Source: Mytilus trossulus
Lineage: Eukaryota
DNA: 64,000 nt
Direction of reading: 5' to 3'
Assembly: GCF_036588685.1 (NCBI RefSeq)
Contig: NC_086373.1
Location: 4,774,001-4,838,000 of the forward strand
Part shown: piece after piece, positions 23,606 to 34,600 of the stretch
Layout: each line of letters opens with the position of its first letter
Numbering within the stretch: the stretch's first letter is position 1
Notes under the pieces: model-generated
Told to the model about the DNA's origin: nothing
What the model saw: the letters and a program-made list of their open reading frames with translations, nothing else
Database searches by the model: none
Position numbers and translations under genes: made by a program

Positions 23606-26600
23606 TTAAAGTATCATTCTATTCGTGCTCTTTACGTATGTATCAATTGGTAAAAAATTATATCCTGTTAGGATATTTTTTAATTGAAAGTTCTGTATTT
23701 GTAACTTTCTTAAACTGTCAAATAAAATAGATCGTTCTGTGTTATATAATTTGCAGTGTAATAAGAAATGTTCAACTGTTTCTTCAACACGACACTCCTC
23801 ACACAATTTAGTGTCAGATATGCCTATTTTATAAAGATGTTTGTTCAATGGTATATAACCAGTTCTTAATTTAAAAATCAGTCTTTCTTTGTATCTGGAC
23901 ATTTTTGGTATTTTTATGTCAAAATTAATTTTTGGACTTATTTGATACAATGCTCTATCTTTCTCTTTATCCCATTCTTCTTGCCACATTTTTTTCATTA
24001 AATTTTTACACAATGTTTTAAAATCATCTTTGAACAACGGTACAAAGATATAAATATTTTGAAAACTTAATGCCTGTTTAGCATGAAAATCAGCCAACTC
24101 ATTGCCTTGTATTCCTACATGACTTGGTATCCATTCAAAAATTATATTTGTACCTGAATGATACAATGATCTTAGTAAAAAATGAATGTCAAGTAAGAAT
24201 TGATTTCTTATCTTGTTTAAAGGTATTTTCAGTGCTTGAAGCGCTGATAGAGAGTCTACAAAAATCACAACGTTAAAAGGTAAAAAGTCTTGTAACCATG
24301 ATATACATAAATAAATTGCTGTCAATTCACACATAAAAATAGAAAGGTGATTGTTCAACTTAAATCCCTTATTGATTTTTAACTCTGGAATGACAAAGGC
24401 ACAACCGGCATTGCTATTTGGATCTTTTGACCCGTCAGTGAATATTTTTAAATGGTGTTTATATTGAGTATCTATCATGATATTGGCTTCACTTTTAATT
24501 AAATGTGGTAAATCCTTTTTAGAAATGTAATCTTTTAAATACGTGTTTACTATAGGTACTGTAAAATGCCATGGGGGGATTGGACTTTCTCTATATATAA
24601 CTACATTATTTTCTGAAAAATTATTTCCTTTTAGAGTATCTTTTGCAATTAATGTAAATGGTTTACGTTTAACAGTTTTACTATAAAATTCAAAAGTAGC
24701 AGTATCTTGAATTGATTTTTTGGCTGGATGGTTGTTTTCGAAAGTAGAAATATTTAAAAATGATTTTGTTATTAACGCTTTTCTTCTGATTTCGTAAGGA
24801 GGGTCTCCCATTTCCACCTGAAGTGCTTTTAATGAAGCTGACTTCATAGAACCTGTACATAAACGTAGAGATTGTGTTTGTACCTTATCTAAAATTTTCT
24901 TAATAGATGCAGAGGCTGTATTGTAAACCTCACAACCATAGTCAATTTTTGATCTTATTAAAGCAATATAAATTTTTCTTAGTGTATAACTTGTTGCTCC
25001 CCATTTCGTTCCCGTTAAAAGTTTCATACAGTTTAAAATTTGTGTACATCTTGTATTAATATACTGAACATGACTATTCCAAGTAAGATATCTATCAAAA
25101 ATAATTCCAAGAAATTTAACTTCTTTAACAACTTCTAAAATGTGATTTCCTATTTTTAATATAATATTATTACAATTTGATTTCCTAGCAAAAATAACTG
25201 TGACTGTTTTTGAAGGTGAAAGTAAAAAACCCCAATTTGAGCCCCATTTGCTTATACTATTCAAGTCTTCTTGAATTTTTTTTTGTAAAAATTTTAATGA
25301 TGGTCCAGATTTCCAAATTGCCCCATCATCTGCAAATTGTGACATTTCACAATTTTTTAAACAGTCTGACATGTCATTAACCATAATATTAAAAAGCGTT
25401 GGACTTATACAACTTCCCTGGGGGGTACCATTTTCTAAAACAAAAATATCTGAAAAAGTGTTGTTTATCTTAACCTGCAATACTCTATCTGAGAGAAAAT
25501 TATTAACATAAGCAAGCATGTTGCCTTTAAGACCCATTTTTTTCATTTTTTTTAATAAACCATGTTTCCATAACATATCGAAAGCTTTTTGAAAATCAAT
25601 AAATATTCCAACTAATATGTGTTTTTTAGCAAAAGATTTCTGTATTGCATTTTCTAGACGTATACATTGCTGTATCGTACTTTTATTTTTTCTATAACCG
25701 TTTTGATTCGGGTTAAATATATCATTTTTTTCCAGAAACCATGTTAATCTGTTGTTAACCATTTTTTCCATTATCTTATTAAAATTAGAAGTTAATGCAA
25801 TAGGTCTATATGATAATGGATCACTGGGATCTTTACCATGTTTAAAACTAGGAATAATTGTTGAATGTTTCCATTCCTTTGGAAGTTCTTGTAACATCCA
25901 AATTTTATTAATAAATAGTAAAAATATGCTTAAGGTTTTATTAGATAAATGGCGAAACATACTATAAGTTGTTTTATCTTTTCCCGGCGAGCTATCATTA
26001 GTATCAGCTATTGCATCTTTGAATTCTTGCAATGTAAATTTTTCATTAAAACAATCTGTATTAATTTTGTAATATTCAATAAAATCATTTATCTCTTCTT
26101 TTTCTGTTTTAGTCTTAAATTCTTTGAAGTCGTTATTGTAATTTGATGTACTACTGACTTTGCAGTAATTTTCTGCAAATACGTTTGCTTTTTCTTTCGT
26201 ATCTGTAATAAATCTATTAAAATATTTCAGAATAGGAATGTTTGTCCTAGAACTTATCTTCCCTAACATCTTTTTAACATTATGCCATAGATCTGAAATG
26301 TTATTATTACAATTGAGACTAGTACAGTAATTTGACCAATGGTTGTCCTGTGTATCTTTTAATACTTTTTTACAAAATCTTTCTTTATCTTTATAAATTT
26401 TAAAATCATTGCCACTTCCAGTATGTCTTGCTCTATTTCTAGCTTTGTTTCTAGCTTTTATAGCTGAAGTACATTCCTTTGTCCACCAAGGAACACAAGG
26501 TTTGTTTGTTTTATGAAATTTCTTAATAGGAATATGGGTACATGCTATATTAATCAATTCAGTGGTTAATGTATTGTTAGTTTGCTGTATATCATCTGTA

Positions 26601-27439
26601 ATTAAATTCTCTGTAAATTTAATGTCACATTCTTTCGTGAAGCTTTTCCAATTTGCTCTCTTAAAATTCCATTTAGGGGAGAAATCACTGTTGTAATCAC
26701 CAATATATATATTAGAATCAATGTACACACAAAAATGATCACTTCCAAAGGTGGAATGTTGATCTACCAACCAATTAATTTTTTGTCCAATATTAGGACT
26801 ACAAAAAGTCAGATCTAAACATGATGTTTCTAAATTAATCGGATTCAGTCTTGTTCCTGATCCTTCGTTTAAAAGACATATATTATTATCTTGAATACAC
26901 TTAAAAAGTTCTCTACCTTTAGTATCGATTCTTTTCCCCCACAATGTATGGTGAGCATTAAAGTCACCACATAATATGTATTCTGTTGTAATTTGACTAA
27001 GAAGAGTATCATAGTCTTCATATTTAGTGTCTAATTTAGGGTCATATAAATTAAGTATCAGTAATTTCTTACTATTATGTATAATATAAATTGCAGAAGT
27101 TTCAAATGTACTCTGAAAATCAACTGTACTATAGTTAATATATTGTTTAACATAAATGGCTGTTCCACCTCTGTTAACACCTCGACTTGAGAATGTTGCG
27201 AGTGTGTAACCTGGTATTTCAGGGTAATCTTTTTCGAGATTACAAAAAGTTTCTTGAAAACATAAAATATTTGGCGTATCTTTAATATTGTTTAAGTGCC
27301 ATATAAACTCCGGTATGTGTGACCGAATTCCCTGACAGTTCCAATGTGCCAAACTAAGTTGTAAAGCCATGAGTATGATTAAAGTATACATTATAATTGA
27401 CATGAATGTAAATAGTATATATTTCATTATTAAATACAA
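23606..27439 (-). CDS. LINE ORF2: APE endonuclease, reverse transcriptase, RNase H, C-terminal CCHC (ATG of MALQL at 27370 is a likely start)
   Basis: HWNCQG, FQET, GDFNAHH, LDLTF, SDH; YRPIALTS, DFQKAFD, PQGS, FADD, FLG; FTDGSK, DSLSAL, WIPSH; CEEC...ETVEHFLLHC. Confidence 0.97.
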   Translation of the reverse strand: MYLIMKYILFTFMSIIMYTLIILMALQLSLAHWNCQGIRSHIPEFIWHLNNIKDTPNILCFQETFCNLEKDYPEIPGYTLATFSSRGVNRGGTAIYVKQYINYSTVDFQSTFETSAIYIIHNSKKLLILNLYDPKLDTKYEDYDTLLSQITTEYILCGDFNAHHTLWGKRIDTKGRELFKCIQDNNICLLNEGSGTRLNPINLETSCLDLTFCSPNIGQKINWLVDQHSTFGSDHFCVYIDSNIYIGDYNSDFSPKWNFKRANWKSFTKECDIKFTENLITDDIQQTNNTLTTELINIACTHIPIKKFHKTNKPCVPWWTKECTSAIKARNKARNRARHTGSGNDFKIYKDKERFCKKVLKDTQDNHWSNYCTSLNCNNNISDLWHNVKKMLGKISSRTNIPILKYFNRFITDTKEKANVFAENYCKVSSTSNYNNDFKEFKTKTEKEEINDFIEYYKINTDCFNEKFTLQEFKDAIADTNDSSPGKDKTTYSMFRHLSNKTLSIFLLFINKIWMLQELPKEWKHSTIIPSFKHGKDPSDPLSYRPIALTSNFNKIMEKMVNNRLTWFLEKNDIFNPNQNGYRKNKSTIQQCIRLENAIQKSFAKKHILVGIFIDFQKAFDMLWKHGLLKKMKKMGLKGNMLAYVNNFLSDRVLQVKINNTFSDIFVLENGTPQGSCISPTLFNIMVNDMSDCLKNCEMSQFADDGAIWKSGPSLKFLQKKIQEDLNSISKWGSNWGFLLSPSKTVTVIFARKSNCNNIILKIGNHILEVVKEVKFLGIIFDRYLTWNSHVQYINTRCTQILNCMKLLTGTKWGATSYTLRKIYIALIRSKIDYGCEVYNTASASIKKILDKVQTQSLRLCTGSMKSASLKALQVEMGDPPYEIRRKALITKSFLNISTFENNHPAKKSIQDTATFEFYSKTVKRKPFTLIAKDTLKGNNFSENNVVIYRESPIPPWHFTVPIVNTYLKDYISKKDLPHLIKSEANIMIDTQYKHHLKIFTDGSKDPNSNAGCAFVIPELKINKGFKLNNHLSIFMCELTAIYLCISWLQDFLPFNVVIFVDSLSALQALKIPLNKIRNQFLLDIHFLLRSLYHSGTNIIFEWIPSHVGIQGNELADFHAKQALSFQNIYIFVPLFKDDFKTLCKNLMKKMWQEEWDKEKDRALYQISPKINFDIKIPKMSRYKERLIFKLRTGYIPLNKHLYKIGISDTKLCEECRVEETVEHFLLHCKLYNTERSILFDSLRKLQIQNFQLKNILTGYNFLPIDTYVKSTNRMIL

Positions 27440-27452
27440 GTATAAATAAAAC

Positions 27453-28711
27453 TTAGTTTATTAATGTAAGTTTATCTAGTATATATTCTTGGTTAACGTG
27501 TACACCAAGCAATTCTAATACCATGTCAGCTACAACACTGACTTTTTGTTCATTATCAGATAATGTTGGAACCTGTATTGCTGTCATAATTATTAAGAGA
27601 ATAAAATTGTCAAACTCTGTGAGCTGTTGAAATAAGCCCTTTGTTAGAGAAATCTTTTCATGCTCTTTAGGAAGGTTTTCCTTTTTACCCTGTAAAGGAT
27701 TTTGTTTTGACTCTTTAAGAACATGTGTTCTTGCTTCTTTAACTGAGCATTTTTCTTTACACACTCTTTTTATTATTTTTTCATTTTGTATTTTCTTTGG
27801 GCAATCTTTACTCGTAGCTGGGTGGTCACCGTTGCAATTTGCACATTTAGCCTTAACTTTACACTCCCTATCTTTATGGTCTTCCCCACACCTTACACAT
27901 TTTACACTATTTCTACATTCTCTTTGCATATGTCCAAAACCCTGACATTTAAAACATTGAGTTGGTTTTGGAACAAAGAGTTTTGTTTTGTGACTCTTAA
28001 AACCTATCAACACTCTGGGTGGTAACTCTGTTGTGTTAAAAACAGTTTTAGAGTTTTTGACGGAACCCTAGTTTTAGTATTAATGTCATAATATGTTAGT
28101 CTCTGAAATCGACTGACCTGTTGTTTCTCTAGAATGTCCTGTAAATCTGATTCTTCTATATCAAGTGAAACATTGTAAATACAACCTATAGTAGTGTTCA
28201 GCGATTTAGGCTGAAACACATTTACTGACCATTGTCCTAGATGTGTAAGTTTGGACAATTGATTGAACTGGTGTTTATCAAAACAAACAACCATTAAATG
28301 ACCAGTTCTTGTTGCCCCGAGCTCTTTTACAATACCTACAGAAGAACTCATTAGTTTTTGTATTTGTATTGGATTTTTTAATCCAAGTTTTTCGTCTCTA
28401 TTAGAAACTATTAACACATATTTTTTAGGCTGTTTTGGACTATTAATTAGTCTTTTAACGGGGGCCCTTTTTACAGTATCCTGTAACACACTACTATAAG
28501 AGTCGTGTTGTTGACTGTTAACACGTTTCCTTTTACTTTTTTGATATTGCCATGGGTCTTGGCCAATATCTGATTCACTCTCTAATTCTGATGTTTCTGA
28601 ACCTGTACCCATATTAATTAAATTTTGGGACATATAAGTTCTGTCCATAACTTTTTCATGGAGACCATCAATAAATCGTTCTATCACAGTAATGTCTTCT
28701 GAATCAGACAT
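27453..28711 (-). pseudogene. LINE ORF1 with a 1-nt frameshift in an A-run (28038-28042)
   Basis: A5 here versus A6 in copies 1 and 2; could be a homopolymer sequencing error. Confidence 0.8.
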
Positions 28712-28765
28712 ACTTAAATTACCAAACTACTACTCCCTATTGGAGAAGAAGCGTGACTAAATATA

Positions 28766-28799
<34 letters not shown>

Positions 28800-29977
28800 G
28801 TAGAAAATTTTCTGAACCTAAGTTTACACAACCTGTATATAAATATCTTAATGTAATATCTAAATAAATAGCTGAAATATCTGAAATATCAATGCCTGTA
28901 CATAAAGTAAGAAACTAAGTTTACATATAAATAACAATCAGTGCTCAGTAACTAAATGCATGTGTGTGACACCATTGGACTCACTACCAATGATATGCAA
29001 AAATCACTGACAGTGTGTAATTATCAAACTAACGCGGACCTCGACGAGAGCACCCTTAAACTTTCATGACAATCTAATTCAAACAGATCGACAAGAAAAT
29101 CTGTGTGCTTGTTCGACAAGTTTTAATCATTTGTTTCAAATAAATTGTACTTTTTGTTATATAAATGATACACGAAAATTTTCAGCAGGAATTTATCTTT
29201 CAGAATATGTCATAAGAATTAAACAAGATACCACGAGTGAAGAAATATTTACGATTAATGTACAACTTGTCAATTTCACTCGTGCGATTCTTCATCAGAA
29301 AACGTGTTGTATTATTTCACAAAAACTAGATTGTGCCGTAAAAATGATATAAATTTGTAGTAAAATCATTTCTTTATATGTTTTTGCTTTCAGATATACA
29401 CAGAAATAAAGAGACTTCCCAGAAATTTAGATTTTGCCTTCGATATGAAAGCACACAAAGATGGCAAACTTCGAAACCGGGACTTCCTTGACCGAGATGA
29501 AAGACGTTTCAAATATTCGAAGTTTTTACTGGAACTTTACAAACTATAATTATTATTTATTGTTTATTATTTGTTTTTGCTATAATGAATTTTTGCTAAT
29601 TAGAATCCTTTTAGAATAAAATATTAATCATATAAGCCCTGGTCAAAAAGAAAGAGGCGATTTCAAATGACGACAAATGGCGGATACCATATGATCACAG
29701 ACGACCTTTCAAAGACCTAATTTTAAAAAAATATATATAGTCACATGCATGTGGAAGGAGTGGAATTCTCAAGTGTATATAACTTGACGTGCATGTATTT
29801 CACTTAAAAATATTTCAACATGCAGATGGGTATTGAAAACTAAATAAATTTATGAATGATTTATTTTCTGTTTTCTTCATTGATAGCTAAATACATTGAA
29901 TATTACATCCAAATAAATTAGTAAAAAAAATATTGAACCATTATGTTTGGTAGGAATACAAAATTATACGTAAAAAA

Positions 29978-30097
29978 ATGTCTACAACACCCGGTATTCC
30001 CAGGCGGTCACCCATCCAAGTACTAACCGGGCTCGACGTTGCTTAACTTCGGTGATCGGACGAGAACCGGTGTTTTCAACGTGATATGGTCGTAGAC
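29978..30097 (-). rRNA. 5S: 5S rRNA
   Basis: Same 120-nt sequence. Confidence 0.98.
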
Positions 30098-30239
30098 ACA
30101 GAAGTGTTAAAATTTTTGATATATAAGGTTAGGTAGTAGCATTTTTGTCAAAAATTTATATATAATATTTTTTTTCAGAAGCAAAACTTTACACTAATTA
30201 TATGTTTGTTAGAAATGCAAAATTATAAGAACACAAAAA

Positions 30240-30359
30240 ATGTCTACAACACCCGGTATTCCCAGGCGGTCACCCATCCAAGTACTAACCGGGCTCGACG
30301 TTGCTTAACTTCGGTGATCGGACGAGAACCGGTGTTTTCAACGTGATATGGTCGTAGAC
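30240..30359 (-). rRNA. 5S: 5S rRNA
   Basis: Same 120-nt sequence. Confidence 0.98.
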
Positions 30360-30686
30360 ACAGAAGTGTTAAATTTTTTGATATATAAAGTTAGGAAGTA
30401 GCAATTTTGAACAGATCAAGAATTTGTATAAAAAGATTTTTTTTCGGGTTTAAGATAGAAGCAAAACTAAATATTTACTGCACGATCCAGAGTGGAAGAT
30501 AGTAAAACTTAGCAAGTTCACATGTAGTAGAAATAAATTGCAGAGAAGAAAGAGAGATTTAGAAAATGGGACAAGCTATATTTTATTTGTGACTAATACC
30601 ATGCAACAATTTCAGATTCTTTTTGAAAAATTTTGGTAGCCCTTAAAAGGGCTGTTTAAGCTTTAAAAGCATCATGCTTCCTTCAT

Positions 30687-31283
30687 TTACTTCTTCTTTG
30701 GTGTCTTTGCCTTCTTTGGTTTAGCTGCAGCCTTTGTCTTCTTGGGAGATTTTGTGGCTTTCTTTGCAGATTTGGCAGCAGGTTTTGCAGCAGGTTTCTT
30801 TGCAGCTGGCTTCTTTGCTTTTGGTTTAGCTGCTTTCTTTTCACCTGCTGGTTTCTTTGCTGCAGGTTTCTTTGCGGCAGTCTTTTTGGTAGGTGTCTTT
30901 GCCTTCTTTGGCTTGGCTGCTTTAGGTTTAACTACTTTCTTTGCTGGTTTCTTAGCTGGTTTAGCTACTTCCCCAATCTTAAAGCTTCCAGAAGCGCCGG
31001 TACCCTTCGACTGTTTCAAGCTATTGCTCTTCACTCCTGATTTCAGAGCTAACTTCAAGTGAGTGTTGACTGTTTTTGCATCGCTACCAACGCTGAAGTT
31101 TGCTAAGATATACTTGAGGATGGCTTGACGGCTGGAGCCTCCACGCTCTTTCAAAGCAGATATAGCCTTTCCGACCATCTCGCTGTATTTTGGATGAGTA
31201 GCTACTTTCTTTGGTTTAGCTGCAGCTTTCTTCTTTGGTGACTTAGCTGGGGTCTTTACTACTGGTGCTGGTGCGTCAGACAT
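30687..31283 (-). CDS. H1: Histone H1, 198 aa (second LINE family in its upstream promoter)
   Basis: H1 globular domain and tails. Confidence 0.98.
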   Translation of the reverse strand: MSDAPAPVVKTPAKSPKKKAAAKPKKVATHPKYSEMVGKAISALKERGGSSRQAILKYILANFSVGSDAKTVNTHLKLALKSGVKSNSLKQSKGTGASGSFKIGEVAKPAKKPAKKVVKPKAAKPKKAKTPTKKTAAKKPAAKKPAGEKKAAKPKAKKPAAKKPAAKPAAKSAKKATKSPKKTKAAAKPKKAKTPKKK

Positions 31284-31653
31284 TTTGCGGCTTTGGTTGT
31301 TGAACGATGTGTGCGAATGAACGACAGATTACAATGATATGCAAAAATCACCGACAGTGTGTAATTATCAAACTAACGCGGACCTCGACGAGAGCACCCT
31401 TAAACTTTAGATAGATAGATAGATAGTTTATTCTCATAAAGCCATGCAAGTACAAAGGTTACAGAGAAGTTGAAAAAAAATATACATAAAAAAAAACAAA
31501 TTATGCGTTTAAAATGCATAAAATTCAAAATTTTTCGGATGAGATAACATATTAAAGAATATATATATAGATTTTGATAGTCAAGTGTAATAGTTAAAAT
31601 TGTATAAAGAAATACTTCCTATAAGTATAGGTATGGTATATAAATTATGGTTG

Positions 31654-34600
31654 TTAAGAAGGAGTGAGCTTACTATTAATACATCTTATAAAATTGCTGA
31701 GATTTCTAAGTGTCTTTGGTTTTTTTGAATTAAACAGTTTGTTGAATGCAATAGTGTTATGTCTTGGTATTAGTTCATTTGGGATAAATCTTCTTCTTTC
31801 ATCTTGTAAAGCCGGGCAAACAAAAATATAGTGGTATTCGTCTCCGATATCACTTTTCGTACATATTGAACATTTTCTATCGCTTCTATCAATGTTATAC
31901 CATCTCCCCTTTTCTATTGGCAGTGAATGATTCGATGTTCGGAATTTACAAAGTGTATATATATCTCGGTCATTTATGATGTTGAAATAATTCTCAAATT
32001 CAAAATGTTCTTTAAAGAGCCTATAAGTAATGCATTTTGATGTGCTCTGGATAGCTGAATTCCAACTTTGTTTAAACTGGTCAATTAATCTAAGTTTGAT
32101 ACTTTTTGGTAACCATTTGGTGAGGTCTGTATTTTGCACATAAAATAAATTTGAAAATCCGGCATTGTCCAATATATTTTTAATGTTCTTTATCCATAAA
32201 ATATCATCATTGTTTGTGTGATATCGGGAATATACAAATTTATATAAGATTGATGATAACTTATTTTCATCTATAAGCAGCCTGCACCAATATGTTATCA
32301 TTCGACATTTAATGCTTATTTCCAATGGGTATCGTCCAGTTTCACCGTACACAATCATGCTTGGGGTAGATCTCTTGAGGTGTAGTAAATGCTTTAAAAA
32401 TTTGAGATGAACTTGTTCAATAATGTCATTTTTTCCAAATCCCCATACTTCACATCCGTATAGAAGAATTGGTTTCACCAGTTTGTCAAATAACTCTAAT
32501 TGGCATTCAATTGATAAATTACACTGCCTTCCTTTTTTGATAACGTTGTACATAGCTTTTGTTGCTTTTTCTGATAGTATTTTCTTTGCTTTAATGAAGG
32601 ATCCGGATCTTGTTAACAAAAGTCCAAGGTAGTTAAATTCTTTCACTATTTCAATTTCATTTTCTTCATAAATGAAATTAATATTATTAGGCTGTCTTCC
32701 TTTAGAAAAAATTAAAACTTTAGTCTTAGATGTATTTACTTTAAGTTTCCAAGTATCACAATATTCACTGAAGCAATTTAATTGCATTTGAAGGTCTTCC
32801 TTTGTTTCTGACATTAGAACAGTATCATCGGCATATAATAAAATGAACAGCTTTAAATAGATATTGAGGCTAGTTTCAAGGGAGTTCGATATTGATGACA
32901 AACCTTTCACATTATGAGATAGCAAAAAATCAGTGAGGTCATTGATATATAGAGAGAATAATAGAGGGGAAAGATTTTCTCCTTGTCTAACTCCAGTGTT
33001 ACATGGGAAAAAATCAGATTTTTGGTTATTGTAAATAACTCTTGATTTTATATTGTTGTACATACTATGTATTACTGTATGCATTTTTCCATCAATGTGA
33101 TTCAATGCCATCTTAAACCATAGGCCGTTTCTCCAAACTGTGTCGAACGCCTTAGCAAAATCAATAAAAACACAGAATAACTTTTTCTTTTGCGATCTAG
33201 CTAGGTCGAATAGACTTTGTAATATAAATATGTTATCTGTTGTTGAATATTTTTTCCTAAAGCCACTTTGATTGTTATGTATTATTGAAAAGATGTCGAA
33301 ATATTTCGTTAATCGTTCATTTAGGATGGACGTAAACAGTTTTCCAAAACAGCTAAGAATAGTGATAGGTCTATAGTTTTGCGGGTCTTGTTGATTTCCT
33401 TTATATTTGAATAAAGGGTGTATATTTCCAGATAACCAACTGTCTGGTATGATTCCTGTATCAAATATACGATTGAATAACTTAACAAAGATATTAATGA
33501 TTTCTGTTGAAGCACACGTAGCTTTAAAGAATTCGTTTATTATCAGGTCATCGCCGCTTGCCTTGTTATTTTTCAAGTTTTTTATATTTCTTATTATTTC
33601 CTCGGGCGTAATCATTTCATTTAATAAATTATTTTCGACATTTCTTTCAATCTCTTCATAGTTAAGCTCTTGTTCTTCTATGTTTTCTTGATTTAAATTT
33701 TTGAAGAAATCATAAAGTTTTTCAATTGAAATATTAGGTTGTTTCTTTCTAGAGCCTCCATTTAGAATTTTCCAGTATTCTTTTGAGTTCGTGGTTTTCA
33801 TATTTTTCATATCATTTCGCACATTTTTCCTATACTTTTTTATATTTCTGTTCATCGTATTTTTGTATTGTCTTTCACTGCGTTTTTTATTTTCCTGGTT
33901 TACAATGGATTTGTTAAATTTATATTTTCTTCTGTATTTTCTCGCATTTTTCCTAGCAATTTTACAATCTATGTTAAACCATGGTTTTTCATCTTGTGAT
34001 CTTTTACTCTGAGGGGTATTTTCGTTCTTTGACTTGTTTTTTGAGGTTCCGAACGTTTTCTTCGCAGAAGTAACAAATATGTTCGTAATAGTTTCTACAG
34101 CTTTGTTTATAATGTTTGAATCAGCAGGAAAAGATTTGGTTTCTTCAAGGTAACTTTCTAATTCAGAAATCTTTTCTCTGTCTAAATTTATAATAAAATC
34201 TTCTTTCTTGTTTATATCCCATTTTTTTATTTTCTCTCCGCTCATCGAGTTTATCGGCACAGATCCATATTCACATGTACATTTATTTATGTCGACATCT
34301 ATATCTATAGGGCTGTGGATATCGGAATATAAACAACTAAAATCTAAAACCTTCGAATTTGAGATAATGTTAATAAAATCTAGCGACCCTATGAAATAAT
34401 CAACAACTGCAGCGTTTTTGCTCGTACGTTCCCCCGTCATATTTTCTCCTATGCGGCCGTTTATAATATACATATTTGTAAATTTGCATAAATCAAGTAG
34501 TAGTTTCCCATACTTATTTTTTGTTTTATCTTTATTATTTCTTGCTATCGGTATGTTGTAGATTTCGAATTTGTAGGTGTCGTTTTCTGTGATTTCCGGT

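Larger units (their letters stand above)
22608..28987 (-). mobile_element. I/Nimb-type LINE, full-length copy 3 (ORF2 intact, no truncated companion)
   Basis: TSD CAATGATATGCAAAAA at 22592-22607 and 28988-29003; H1 promoter resumes directly afterwards. Confidence 0.97.
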
